From contig CAWHED010000004.1 in assembly GCA_963828395.1 (NCBI GenBank), forward strand, positions 237,541 to 301,540: a DNA stretch of 64,000 nt. Reading direction: 5' to 3'. Source of the stretch: an uncultured Bacteroidales bacterium. Its GTDB lineage: Bacteria > Bacteroidota > Bacteroidia > Bacteroidales > VadinHA17. The notes beneath the pieces are model-generated. The model saw nothing but the letters and a program-made list of their open reading frames with translations, was not told where the DNA came from and did no database searches. This document shows positions 57,301 to 64,000 of this stretch, one piece after another. Made by a program: the position numbers and the translations under genes. The stretch's first letter is position 1. Every line of letters begins with the position of its first letter.

Positions 57301-57713
57301 CGTGTCAGATCCTCCCACACGTCGGTATATTTCATCACATCCTTGCGGCAGGCAGCATTGTACTCCTCCACAGAGATTTTCGTCCCGATATCTTCCTTTG
57401 TGATGCCCAGGGTTTTCTCCACGCCGAGCTCGACTGGCAGTCCGTGGGTATCCCAGCCGGCTTTGCGTTTCACCTCGTAACCCTGCATTGTTTTGTAGCG
57501 GCAGATGGTGTCCTTGATGGCGCGGGCCATGACATGGTGTATACCGGGCAGTCCGTTGGCCGAGGGCGGACCTTCATAAAAGACAAATTCACCCTTGCCG
57601 TTACGACTGCGGAGCGACCGGCGGAAGGTGTCATTATCATCCCACATCTTCAGCACCTCGCTGTTCACCTTTGCCAGGTCAAGACCCTTGTATTCGGGAA
57701 ATCTTTTGGACAT
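54311..57713 (-). CDS. ileS: Isoleucine--tRNA ligase, with an apparent +1 frameshift ~200 nt before the true 3' end
   Basis: The HIGH-type motif is PPSANGLPGIHHVMAR and the KMSKS motif is NKMSKR. The track ORF stops at 54480 after KDSRLRGHRQNQGCH. Dropping one base near 54518 gives KDS-GFEVTDKIRVVIEDLPFVSVAVNKHSDYIASQTLALEISL...VLVEKV*, a typical IleRS C-terminus ending at 54311. I prefer the start MSKRFPEYKGL (57713). Confidence 0.93.
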
Positions 57714-57752
57714 ATAACCTATCTCATTTTTAACAGGGTGCAAAGGTAGTTA

Positions 57753-57792
57753 AAAAGTCTGAAAGTCATAAGAGCTCAGGTCTGAAGGTCAG
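57753..57792. repeat. AAAGTCTG-type octamer array (complement orientation of TCAGACTT)
   Basis: The sequence is aaaagtct gaaagtca taagagct caggtctg aaggtcag. It lies in the ileS/ATPase-3 divergent gap. Confidence 0.7.
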
Positions 57793-57914
57793 TTCAATTA
57801 AAGCCTGAAAACGAACCTCGGTTCTGCCGATTGAATTGTGGCAGCAGGGGTTTATTGAAAAGGATGTTGCCGTGGATATTTTTAAATAAGTTTGCATTTA
57901 CTCAATATAATGAG

Positions 57915-57922
57915 TAAATTTG
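57915..57922 (+). promoter_or_regulatory. -7 promoter box (TAAATTTG) for ATPase-3
   Basis: It lies 28 nt upstream of the ATG at 57950. It overlaps the inverted repeat ATTTACTCA (57896-57904) / TGAGTAAAT (57911-57919). A third TGAGTAAA copy is at 57933-57940. Confidence 0.45.
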
Positions 57923-57949
57923 CTCAACGTAATGAGTAAATTTAAAATC

Positions 57950-59134
57950 ATGTTCCAAAGGCCTGTTATTAAGGATATTGAAACGCGGATGAATCAGGAG
58001 AGAAGCTTCATTCAGTTAATTACCGGTCCGCGACAGATAGGTAAAACTACCCTGGTACTGCAGCTTCTTGATATGCTGAAAGTCGAGTCTCAGTATATAA
58101 CCGCCGACGGTGCCGGCGGATACGGAGAGTCTTGGTTAGAGAAGCACTGGGAAGCAGCGAGGCAAATCATAAAATCAAAAGAAACCGGGGATTTTATTCT
58201 GGCTATCGATGAGATTCAGAAAATTGAAAACTGGAGTGAAACCGTAAAGAAACTGTGGGATGAAGACACAGTAAATCAAATCCGTCTTAAGGTTATTATT
58301 TCGGGGTCATCGAGACTGCTGCTTCAGAAAGGCCTTACGGAATCACTTGCAGGAAGGTTCGAGATTACCTATATGGGACACTGGTCTTATGCAGAGATGA
58401 AGGCTGCATTCGGATGGAGTGCAAATCAGTTCGTATGGTACGGAGGATACCCCGGATCTGCACTGCTGATTGAAGACGAACGGAGATGGAAGCGTTATGT
58501 CACAGACTCTCTTGTTGAAACCAGTATATCGAAGGACATCCTGATGCTTACACGGGTTGACAAGCCTGCTCTTATGCACCGTCTTTTTGAGCTGGGGTGC
58601 AGGTATTCGGGTCAGGAGTTGTCTTTTACCAAAATTCTCGGACAGTTGCAGGATTCGGGCAACACGGTAACACTGTCGCATTACCTGGAACTTCTGGGAT
58701 CAGCAGGCCTCCTCTCAGGGATTGAAAAATATTCCGGAAGCATTATCAGACAGCGTTCTTCCAGCCCTAAATTCGTTGTGCACAACACTGCCCTGATGAG
58801 TTCCTCCGCCATTGAGTCATTTGAGGAGATTACTACCCTGCCCGACCGCTGGGGCCGCTTCGTGGAGTCTGCCATAGGAGCACATTTACTCGATGGGCAC
58901 GTAAAGGGTTTTTATTCACTGTATTACTGGAGAAGGGGCAATGACGAAGTGGACTTTGTTCTGGTCAAAGGAGACAGGATTACTGCCCTGGAGGTAAAAA
59001 GTGGCAGTGTCTCAGGAAGATCAGGATTGAATGCATTTTGCAGCCTTTACAGTCAGGCCAGGGTAATTCTCATAGGCGAAAAAGGGATACCGTGGCAAGC
59101 GTTTCTGAAGATGGAGATTAGTGAGTTTATTTAA
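57950..59134 (+). CDS. P-loop ATPase (AAA_14/DUF4143-type) with a C-terminal PD-(D/E)xK-like module (ATPase-3)
   Basis: Walker A is GPRQIGKTTL and Walker B is ILAIDEIQ. The C-terminus has NDEVDFVLVKGDRITALEVKSG. The start is ambiguous: ATG at 57950 or 57932. The track TTG at 57920 is unlikely. Confidence 0.78.
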   Translation: MFQRPVIKDIETRMNQERSFIQLITGPRQIGKTTLVLQLLDMLKVESQYITADGAGGYGESWLEKHWEAARQIIKSKETGDFILAIDEIQKIENWSETVKKLWDEDTVNQIRLKVIISGSSRLLLQKGLTESLAGRFEITYMGHWSYAEMKAAFGWSANQFVWYGGYPGSALLIEDERRWKRYVTDSLVETSISKDILMLTRVDKPALMHRLFELGCRYSGQELSFTKILGQLQDSGNTVTLSHYLELLGSAGLLSGIEKYSGSIIRQRSSSPKFVVHNTALMSSSAIESFEEITTLPDRWGRFVESAIGAHLLDGHVKGFYSLYYWRRGNDEVDFVLVKGDRITALEVKSGSVSGRSGLNAFCSLYSQARVILIGEKGIPWQAFLKMEISEFI

Positions 59135-59162
59135 TCTTTAATCAATCCTTAGTTAAAAAATC

Positions 59163-59194
59163 CATCAACTTTTCAACCCATCAACTTTTCAACT
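59163..59194. repeat. Two tandem 16-nt units (CATCAACTTTTCAACY) of the TTCAAC family
   Basis: The sequence is catcaact tttcaacc catcaact tttcaact. Confidence 0.85.
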
Positions 59195-59202
59195 ATTTAT
59201 AT

Positions 59203-59210
59203 TACCTTTG
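59203..59210 (+). promoter_or_regulatory. -7 promoter box (TACCTTTG) for the dksA-like gene
   Basis: It lies 28 nt upstream of the ATG at 59238. Confidence 0.45.
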
Positions 59211-59237
59211 CCTATTAAAATTCAAACACCGGTAGCT

Positions 59238-59615
59238 ATGGCAGAAAAGACAAGATATTCGGATGAGGAGCTGGAGGAGTTCAGGCATATTATATTGACC
59301 AAGCTCGAGAAAGCCAGACGCGACTACGAGGTTCTCAAGGCCAGTATCACCCACGAGGATAACAATGATACGATGGACACCTCTCCCACCTTCAAGGTGC
59401 TGGAAGAGGGTGCCACCACACTGTCAAAGGAAGAGGCAGGAAGGCTGGCACAGCGGCAGCTGAAATTCATCCAGCATCTGCAGGCAGCGCTGGTTCGTAT
59501 CGAGAACAAGACCTACGGCATCTGCCGTGATACGGGACAGCTCATCAGCAAGGAGCGTCTCCGCGCCGTGCCCCACGCCACGCTCTCCATGGAGGCCAAG
59601 CTGAGACAAAAATAG
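59238..59615 (+). CDS. DksA/TraR-family regulator (degenerate zinc finger)
   Basis: YSDEELEEFRHIIL and the coiled-coil region are present, with the C-terminal ENKTYGICRDTGQLISKERLRAVPHATLSMEAK. I prefer the ATG at 59238 over the track TTG at 59208. Confidence 0.7.
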   Translation: MAEKTRYSDEELEEFRHIILTKLEKARRDYEVLKASITHEDNNDTMDTSPTFKVLEEGATTLSKEEAGRLAQRQLKFIQHLQAALVRIENKTYGICRDTGQLISKERLRAVPHATLSMEAKLRQK

Positions 59616-59694
59616 TCTTAAAGTCTGAAGTCTGGAAGCCCAAAGTCCAAAGTCCAAAGACCCCTCAGGCTTCAGACCCTCAGACCTGAGACCT
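59615..59694. repeat. Composite array that switches orientation (AAGTCTG/AAAGTCC units, then TCAGACC units), giving a long imperfect hairpin between convergent genes
   Basis: The sequence is gtcttaaagtctgaagtctggaagcccaaagtccaaagtccaaagacccctcaggcttcagaccctcagacctgagacc. It abuts both stop codons (59615 and 59693). Confidence 0.8.
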
Positions 59695-61213
59695 AGTTTG
59701 ATCTCGCGTTCCTGAAGATAATATTGTAAATACTTTTCCAGAAGTACCGGAGGTCGGTGCCGAAATGGTTTTTGTCCCAGGCATCTAAGTATTTTATCTC
59801 GGAGAGCTGTATCTCAAGGAGTCCCGCAGGCATGTCAGCATAGTATGGAGGAATAAGACCAGGTTTGTATTTAATGCGCCGGTTGCGAATCTCATCGGCA
59901 TATAAATTGAAATAGTGCTGTGAAAGAGGCCGTACTCCTATTATCTTCATATCTCCCCGGAAAAGATTGACGACCATCGGAAGTTCGTCGAGCCATATGC
60001 GTCTGGAGAAGCGACCCCATCCGGTAACGCGGAAGTCGTGCCTGAGCTTGCCTCCGGCTTGCAGATCATGAAGGTCATAGACATATTCCTGCAGGAACTC
60101 AGAATAGGGGTGCATGGTGCGCAGTTTGTAGACAATAAAAGTATTTCCGTCGCGACCAATGCGCGGCAAGGCAATGATCATACCGTAACCGCTGCCGTTG
60201 ACAGGCAAAGGCTCTGATTTTCGCTGTGCCCTGATGCACAATATGTTTCCGGCAAACTTTTCCTGCTTTATGGCAAAACCGGCACGGCACAGACGACCCA
60301 GCGCCTCGGCCCGCGAGAGAGGCGCATTGGCACCCCGCGTCATGAAATTCCACAGACCTCTGGTCAGACGCAGACGGGGAGCAACCCTCCTGATAAGAAA
60401 ATCCGGAACAGCAACAAAAAGATAATACAATACCGGTGTAAACTTATGACGCAGGCGGCTGGCACGCTGCTCCAGCGTCTCCACACTGCATAAAAATACC
60501 CCGTCTCCGGTCAGCCTGACATTAACCGCATCAAGGAAGGCATCGATGTCATTAATGCTGTTCATGGGTTTCAGGTTGATGATACCGGAATAGTCTCCCG
60601 GCGCCAGGTTCTGTATGTTAAAAGGCTCTGCCGTTGATACAACGGCCAGACGTGATCCCTCGGCACGGCTTACCATAGACGATAATGCCTCGGCCCTATC
60701 CCGTGAACATCCCTTCTGCAGCCGGAGAGTCAGCTCAGGATCAGGCCTGTTACCGTTGCCGTTCTCCGGATGTGAACGGGCAACCATGGCGCGCTCAGAC
60801 GGCCTGATCAGGTCAGAATCCTGAAGGGAAGCCTTGCTGAATGCCAGCCAGATCATACCCGCCGCCAGCTCCAGAAACGTAGCTGCAAGCGCGGTTCCGA
60901 AGACAACAGTCCTCGAATAACCCAGATCGCGAACGGCAAACAAAATCAGGGCAGCTAAACTGGTGGCAATGAGGTTTGATGTTACAACATAGTAAAAAAG
61001 TGTTCTCAGATTAATGATATGTCCCCTGCCTATCTTGCCGTTCAGAAACGACACCGCTACCCACAGAAGGGCAAGGATAAGGAAGAATGGTGCATGCGAC
61101 GGAACATACTCTTTAAATCCTGTTGGCTTAAACAAGGTCATAACGAAGTATGACACGGCCAGGATGAGAATGTCAAGAAAAAAACTGTAGTTCCGAAAAC
61201 GACGTGTATTCAT
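59693..61213 (-). CDS. Polyprenyl-phosphate sugar phosphotransferase (Bac_transf family, WbaP/initiating enzyme-like)
   Basis: The N-terminus has TM segments. The C-terminus has FIVYKLRTM...LDELPMVVNLFRGDMKIIGVRP...KPGLIPPYYAD. Confidence 0.8.
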   Translation of the reverse strand: MNTRRFRNYSFFLDILILAVSYFVMTLFKPTGFKEYVPSHAPFFLILALLWVAVSFLNGKIGRGHIINLRTLFYYVVTSNLIATSLAALILFAVRDLGYSRTVVFGTALAATFLELAAGMIWLAFSKASLQDSDLIRPSERAMVARSHPENGNGNRPDPELTLRLQKGCSRDRAEALSSMVSRAEGSRLAVVSTAEPFNIQNLAPGDYSGIINLKPMNSINDIDAFLDAVNVRLTGDGVFLCSVETLEQRASRLRHKFTPVLYYLFVAVPDFLIRRVAPRLRLTRGLWNFMTRGANAPLSRAEALGRLCRAGFAIKQEKFAGNILCIRAQRKSEPLPVNGSGYGMIIALPRIGRDGNTFIVYKLRTMHPYSEFLQEYVYDLHDLQAGGKLRHDFRVTGWGRFSRRIWLDELPMVVNLFRGDMKIIGVRPLSQHYFNLYADEIRNRRIKYKPGLIPPYYADMPAGLLEIQLSEIKYLDAWDKNHFGTDLRYFWKSIYNIIFRNARSN

Positions 61214-61274
61214 TTACCCTCTATTCTCGTGCAATATATGACAAATTTACTCCAAGAGTTATCTTTGCATAAAG

Positions 61275-62873
61275 ATGACGCCAATGAGAACATCAACAAA
61301 CTTATCAACACTTATATTATTCTTATTGGTATTTTGCTTCTCTCCGCTCCATGCACAGGTCATCCCCGAGCCGGTCGCCGATGAAAGTATCTATTCATTT
61401 CTCGACGAGCTTGCCGGAGACGGTATCATCGATTTCAACCAGGCTGTGAAACCTTTCAGCAGGAAGATGATCCAGGAACTTCTTGAGGCAGCGGCGGGAC
61501 ACCCTGAAGAAATGACTTCCAGGCAGAAAAAAGAACTGGAGTTTTTGATGGTCTCTTATGGAATGTTGACCGATCCCGGGAAACTGAAGCTGGTTTATAA
61601 TCCTGCCTCGGCTCAATACCGGGATTCCATGTTCAATGTTACCGTGTCACCCATCCTGGGAATGAGTTACGGTTCGGACGGGTCGGTTGCGTGGAAGAAC
61701 GGGGCGAATTTCCGCGGCAGCTATGGAAGATGGGGTTTCTTTGCGGCGCTGCAGGATAACCACCAGGATCCGCTGACCGGCGCTCCTGAATATCTGACAA
61801 GGGAAAGGGGAGGGCATATCAAGAACGGAACCGACTTCTCAGAGATGACAGGGGGTGTCAGTTATATGTGGAAATGGGGCGATGTCTCTTTCCTGAAGGA
61901 TGCACCGGTGTGGGGCAGCGGTTATGCCGGGACGAATATCCTCTCAGGCAGGGCGCCGTCATTTATGCAGCTGAAGTTCCATCTCAAACCTGCGGGATGG
62001 TTTGAGATGACCTGGCTGTACGGCTGGCTCAACTCGATGGTGGTCAATTCGGCACAGTCATACTGGGTGACAAATGCCTACGGCACCGATTACCGCGAAG
62101 TATACCATACCAAATACATCTCCACCAGCCTTTTCACCTTCACACCTTTCCCCCGGTTCAACATATCGGCAGGCAACAGCATAGTATGGTCAGACCAGAG
62201 GCTGTTACCTTACTACCTGATGCCTGTCTTCTTCTATAAGTCGGTCGATCACGGCATGAACTCCGGCATCGACAACAGCAACTCGCAGATGTTCATCGAC
62301 ATAAGCTCACATAATATAAGGCATCTGCATCTGTACGGCACCCTGTTCATTGATGAGCTGTCGACAGCGCGTTTCACCACTTCCGATTATAATTTCTTCT
62401 CCTGGAAGGGAGGCGCCCGTGCCGGCAATTTCAGCTTCCTGCCCAACCTGTGGCTGACGGCTGAATGTACCTTCACCTATCCGCTCACCTTTCAGCATTA
62501 TGTACCCGTGATCACCTACGAGAACCAGGGTTACAATATGGGGCACTGGCTGAGGGACAACAGCAGGAGCTGGTGGTTCGCACTCGACTATAAGCCCATC
62601 AGGGGGATGAACATCCGTTTGTGGCATGAGCGTTCGGAGCGGGGTCCTGACTACCAGGGTCTTGGCGGGCCACGTGTCGGTCTTCCTTATCTTGAGACCA
62701 TTGAGTGGAAGAATGTTTCCACCGGCCTCGAGGTCAGGTACCTTATCACCGGCGGTGTTCAGGTGAAAGCCTCCCTTATAAAAAGCGACATCGAAGGGGA
62801 AGAATCGTGGACCGCCCCGCATTTGTACGGTCAGCATACGATTTTCAGCGGCGGCATCGTATGGGGATTTTAA
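61275..62873 (+). CDS. Outer-membrane protein, capsule-assembly Wzi-like
   Basis: A signal peptide is present (LILFLLVFCFSPLHAQ). The N-terminal helix motif is SIYSFLDELAGDGIIDFNQAVKPFSRKMIQELLEAA and the remainder is beta-rich. The family call is from memory. A TATCTTTG box at 61260-61267 suggests the start may be Met4 (61284). Confidence 0.45.
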   Translation: MTPMRTSTNLSTLILFLLVFCFSPLHAQVIPEPVADESIYSFLDELAGDGIIDFNQAVKPFSRKMIQELLEAAAGHPEEMTSRQKKELEFLMVSYGMLTDPGKLKLVYNPASAQYRDSMFNVTVSPILGMSYGSDGSVAWKNGANFRGSYGRWGFFAALQDNHQDPLTGAPEYLTRERGGHIKNGTDFSEMTGGVSYMWKWGDVSFLKDAPVWGSGYAGTNILSGRAPSFMQLKFHLKPAGWFEMTWLYGWLNSMVVNSAQSYWVTNAYGTDYREVYHTKYISTSLFTFTPFPRFNISAGNSIVWSDQRLLPYYLMPVFFYKSVDHGMNSGIDNSNSQMFIDISSHNIRHLHLYGTLFIDELSTARFTTSDYNFFSWKGGARAGNFSFLPNLWLTAECTFTYPLTFQHYVPVITYENQGYNMGHWLRDNSRSWWFALDYKPIRGMNIRLWHERSERGPDYQGLGGPRVGLPYLETIEWKNVSTGLEVRYLITGGVQVKASLIKSDIEGEESWTAPHLYGQHTIFSGGIVWGF

Positions 62874-62882
62874 ATTTCTTAA

Positions 62883-63035
62883 CCTCTACGAGGTAATTTG
62901 TTTTGTTTTACCGCATGTTCTACAATAATTAATGCTCTACGAGCATTGATTGGTGATGCCATGTCGGTTCTACAATAATTAATGCTCTACGAGCATTGAT
63001 TGGTGAATGCCTCGTAGAGGCTAAAATTATTGTAG
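62883..63035. repeat. Repeat/hairpin cluster upstream of upxY: CCTCTACGAGG (x3 direct, x1 inverted), a 40-bp unit duplicated with a 50-bp period, and a 24/25-nt inverted partner
   Basis: The direct copies gttctacaataattaatgctctacgagcattgattggtga lie at 62917-62956 and 62967-63006. The inverted partner ctcgtagaggctaaaattattgtag lies at 63011-63035. cctctacgagg at 62883-62893 is the perfect complement of 63010-63020. Confidence 0.85.
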
Positions 63036-63056
63036 GACAACCATCCCAAATTTTAT

Positions 63057-63064
63057 TAAATTTG
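63057..63064 (+). promoter_or_regulatory. -7 promoter box (TAAATTTG) for upxY
   Basis: It lies 20 nt upstream of the ATG at 63084. Confidence 0.5.
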
Positions 63065-63083
63065 CCGGGCAATACAGAAAGTC

Positions 63084-63641
63084 ATGGAAGAAAACCAGAC
63101 ACCGGCCGTGAAAGAAGAAATCCCGGCCCTGGTCAAGCCGGAGAAAGGGTGGTATGCGATTTATACACATTCACGTGCAGAGAAACGCGTCAGCGACAGG
63201 CTGACGGAAGCAGGCATTGAGACTTTTCTTCCTTTACAGAAAACCCTGCGCCAGTGGTCCGACCGCAAGAAACTCGTTGAGAAACCACTGATAAGCTCAT
63301 ATGTCTTTGTTAAAGTCGTTCCCCGGGATTTCTTTACCGTACGCAAAACCGACGGCGTTGTCAAGTTCATCATGCTCCAGGGCAAGCCCGTTGTCATTCC
63401 CGAGATCCAGATAACCAACCTGCGCATCCTGTGCGGCAGTGATGCAGAGGTGGCTGTAAGCAGCGACGTTTACGCCAAAGGCGACACGGTAGAGGTGATC
63501 TACGGCTCCCTCACCGGCCTCAGGGGTGAGCTGATAAGGGTGGGAAGAAAACACAAGGTTGTAATACGTATCATACAACCCGGAATGAACCTTACAGTTG
63601 ATATTAAGACCACAGCCATACGTAAACTCGAAAAAAATTAG
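63084..63641 (+). CDS. UpxY-family (NusG-like) transcription antiterminator of a polysaccharide locus
   Basis: The NGN-like part is WYAIYTHSRAEKRVSDRLTEAGIETFLPL...PLISSYVFVKV. The KOW-like part is GDTVEVIYGSLTGLRGELIRV. Confidence 0.8.
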   Translation: MEENQTPAVKEEIPALVKPEKGWYAIYTHSRAEKRVSDRLTEAGIETFLPLQKTLRQWSDRKKLVEKPLISSYVFVKVVPRDFFTVRKTDGVVKFIMLQGKPVVIPEIQITNLRILCGSDAEVAVSSDVYAKGDTVEVIYGSLTGLRGELIRVGRKHKVVIRIIQPGMNLTVDIKTTAIRKLEKN

Positions 63642-63685
63642 GATATTTAGTTCGCTTTAGCTCTGACAAAAAAATACCGACATTA

Positions 63686-64000
63686 ATGAAAAAAATAATC
63701 CCGTTTGTTGCCCTGCTCATACTGGCCGTCTCATGTTCCACCCAGAAAGAACTCTCTTATCTTAATAATCTTGACGAATTGGGCGGTGAGGAATACTTCG
63801 CAATGGAAGTACCTGACTATAAGGTTCAGCCACGCGACATACTGTATGTCTCTGTCAAGGCACAGACACCAGAGGGAGCGCTTACCGAGATGCTCAACGA
63901 CCGTCTTACAAGCTCTGGCGCGTATATTCAGGGCGAAGCACAGCAATATGTTATGGGATACAGCATTGATCCTGAGGGACGTGTGACAGTTCCGCTTTTT
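63686..64000 (+). CDS. Polysaccharide export outer-membrane lipoprotein (Wza-like), 3'-partial (runs off the window)
   Basis: It is not in the ORF track because there is no stop. The ATG at 63686 gives MKKIIPFVALLILAVSCSTQ (lipobox), then YKVQPRDILYVSV (Poly_export motif Y-x-pgD-l-v). The frame is open to nt 64000. Confidence 0.7.
   Translation, partial: MKKIIPFVALLILAVSCSTQKELSYLNNLDELGGEEYFAMEVPDYKVQPRDILYVSVKAQTPEGALTEMLNDRLTSSGAYIQGEAQQYVMGYSIDPEGRVTVPLF

Noticed and set aside
57051-57749. A 232-aa plus-strand ORF opposite ileS. Similar cases are 8635-9198 opposite the flavin reductase gene, 46300-46800 opposite the lipoprotein gene and 12141-12539 opposite norB.
   Set aside because: They are shadow ORFs antisense to genes with strong family signatures, and they have no recognisable domains.
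62917-63006. A possible mini-CRISPR or attC array from the 50-bp-period duplication.
   Set aside because: There are only two copies, the intervening 10 nt is not spacer-like, and there are no cas or intI genes. I kept it as a regulatory or recombination candidate instead.

Overview
This is a 64-kb chromosomal segment that reads as Bacteroidota. Supporting signals are T9SS C-terminal sorting domains, an UpxY-type antiterminator, many lipoproteins, and TAnnTTTG -7 promoter boxes about 20-30 nt upstream of several starts. I call about 45 protein genes, 2 intact tRNAs (Ile2/CAU and Val/GAC, both minus strand) and one degenerate tRNA-Val copy. I recognised no rRNA, CRISPR array, transposase or integrase.

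Gene content, left to right:
- An operon of a giant T9SS-sorted surface protein, a small DUF4402-like protein and a 1214-aa usher-like outer-membrane protein ending in three SPOR domains.
- nfo.
- A three-gene putative lipid cassette.
- A quinol-type NO reductase broken into four ORFs.
- mtnA with an aldolase, tetR and lgt.
- Glycan genes (GH125, CBM9-like, GH29).
- An acyl-CoA ligase and ispD.
- A LytTR-type two-component pair.
- An AT-rich islet bracketed by tRNA-Val copies.
- A PAS kinase.
- An operon of a lipoprotein, alpha-2-macroglobulin and pbpC.
- dnaG, ubiX, ribE and ileS, interleaved with three low-GC P-loop ATPase/nuclease-like singleton genes.
- The start of a capsule/EPS locus (sugar transferase, Wzi-like, upxY, wza-like).

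Items worth a second look:
- The chaperone-usher-like module with SPOR domains.
- The three ATPase singletons and the 41-bp palindromes bracketing one of them.
- A family of 7-8-nt tandem arrays at gene ends, one of which lies inside pbpC.
- An in-frame TAG replacing a motif Trp in a T9SS cargo gene.
- Partial or whole tRNA duplications.
- A repeat/hairpin cluster in front of upxY.

Caution: I find six single-base frameshifts (norB x3, CBM9-like, ubiX, ileS), so assembly indel error must be excluded before any pseudogene claim. All family calls are motif recognition by eye. No searches were run.
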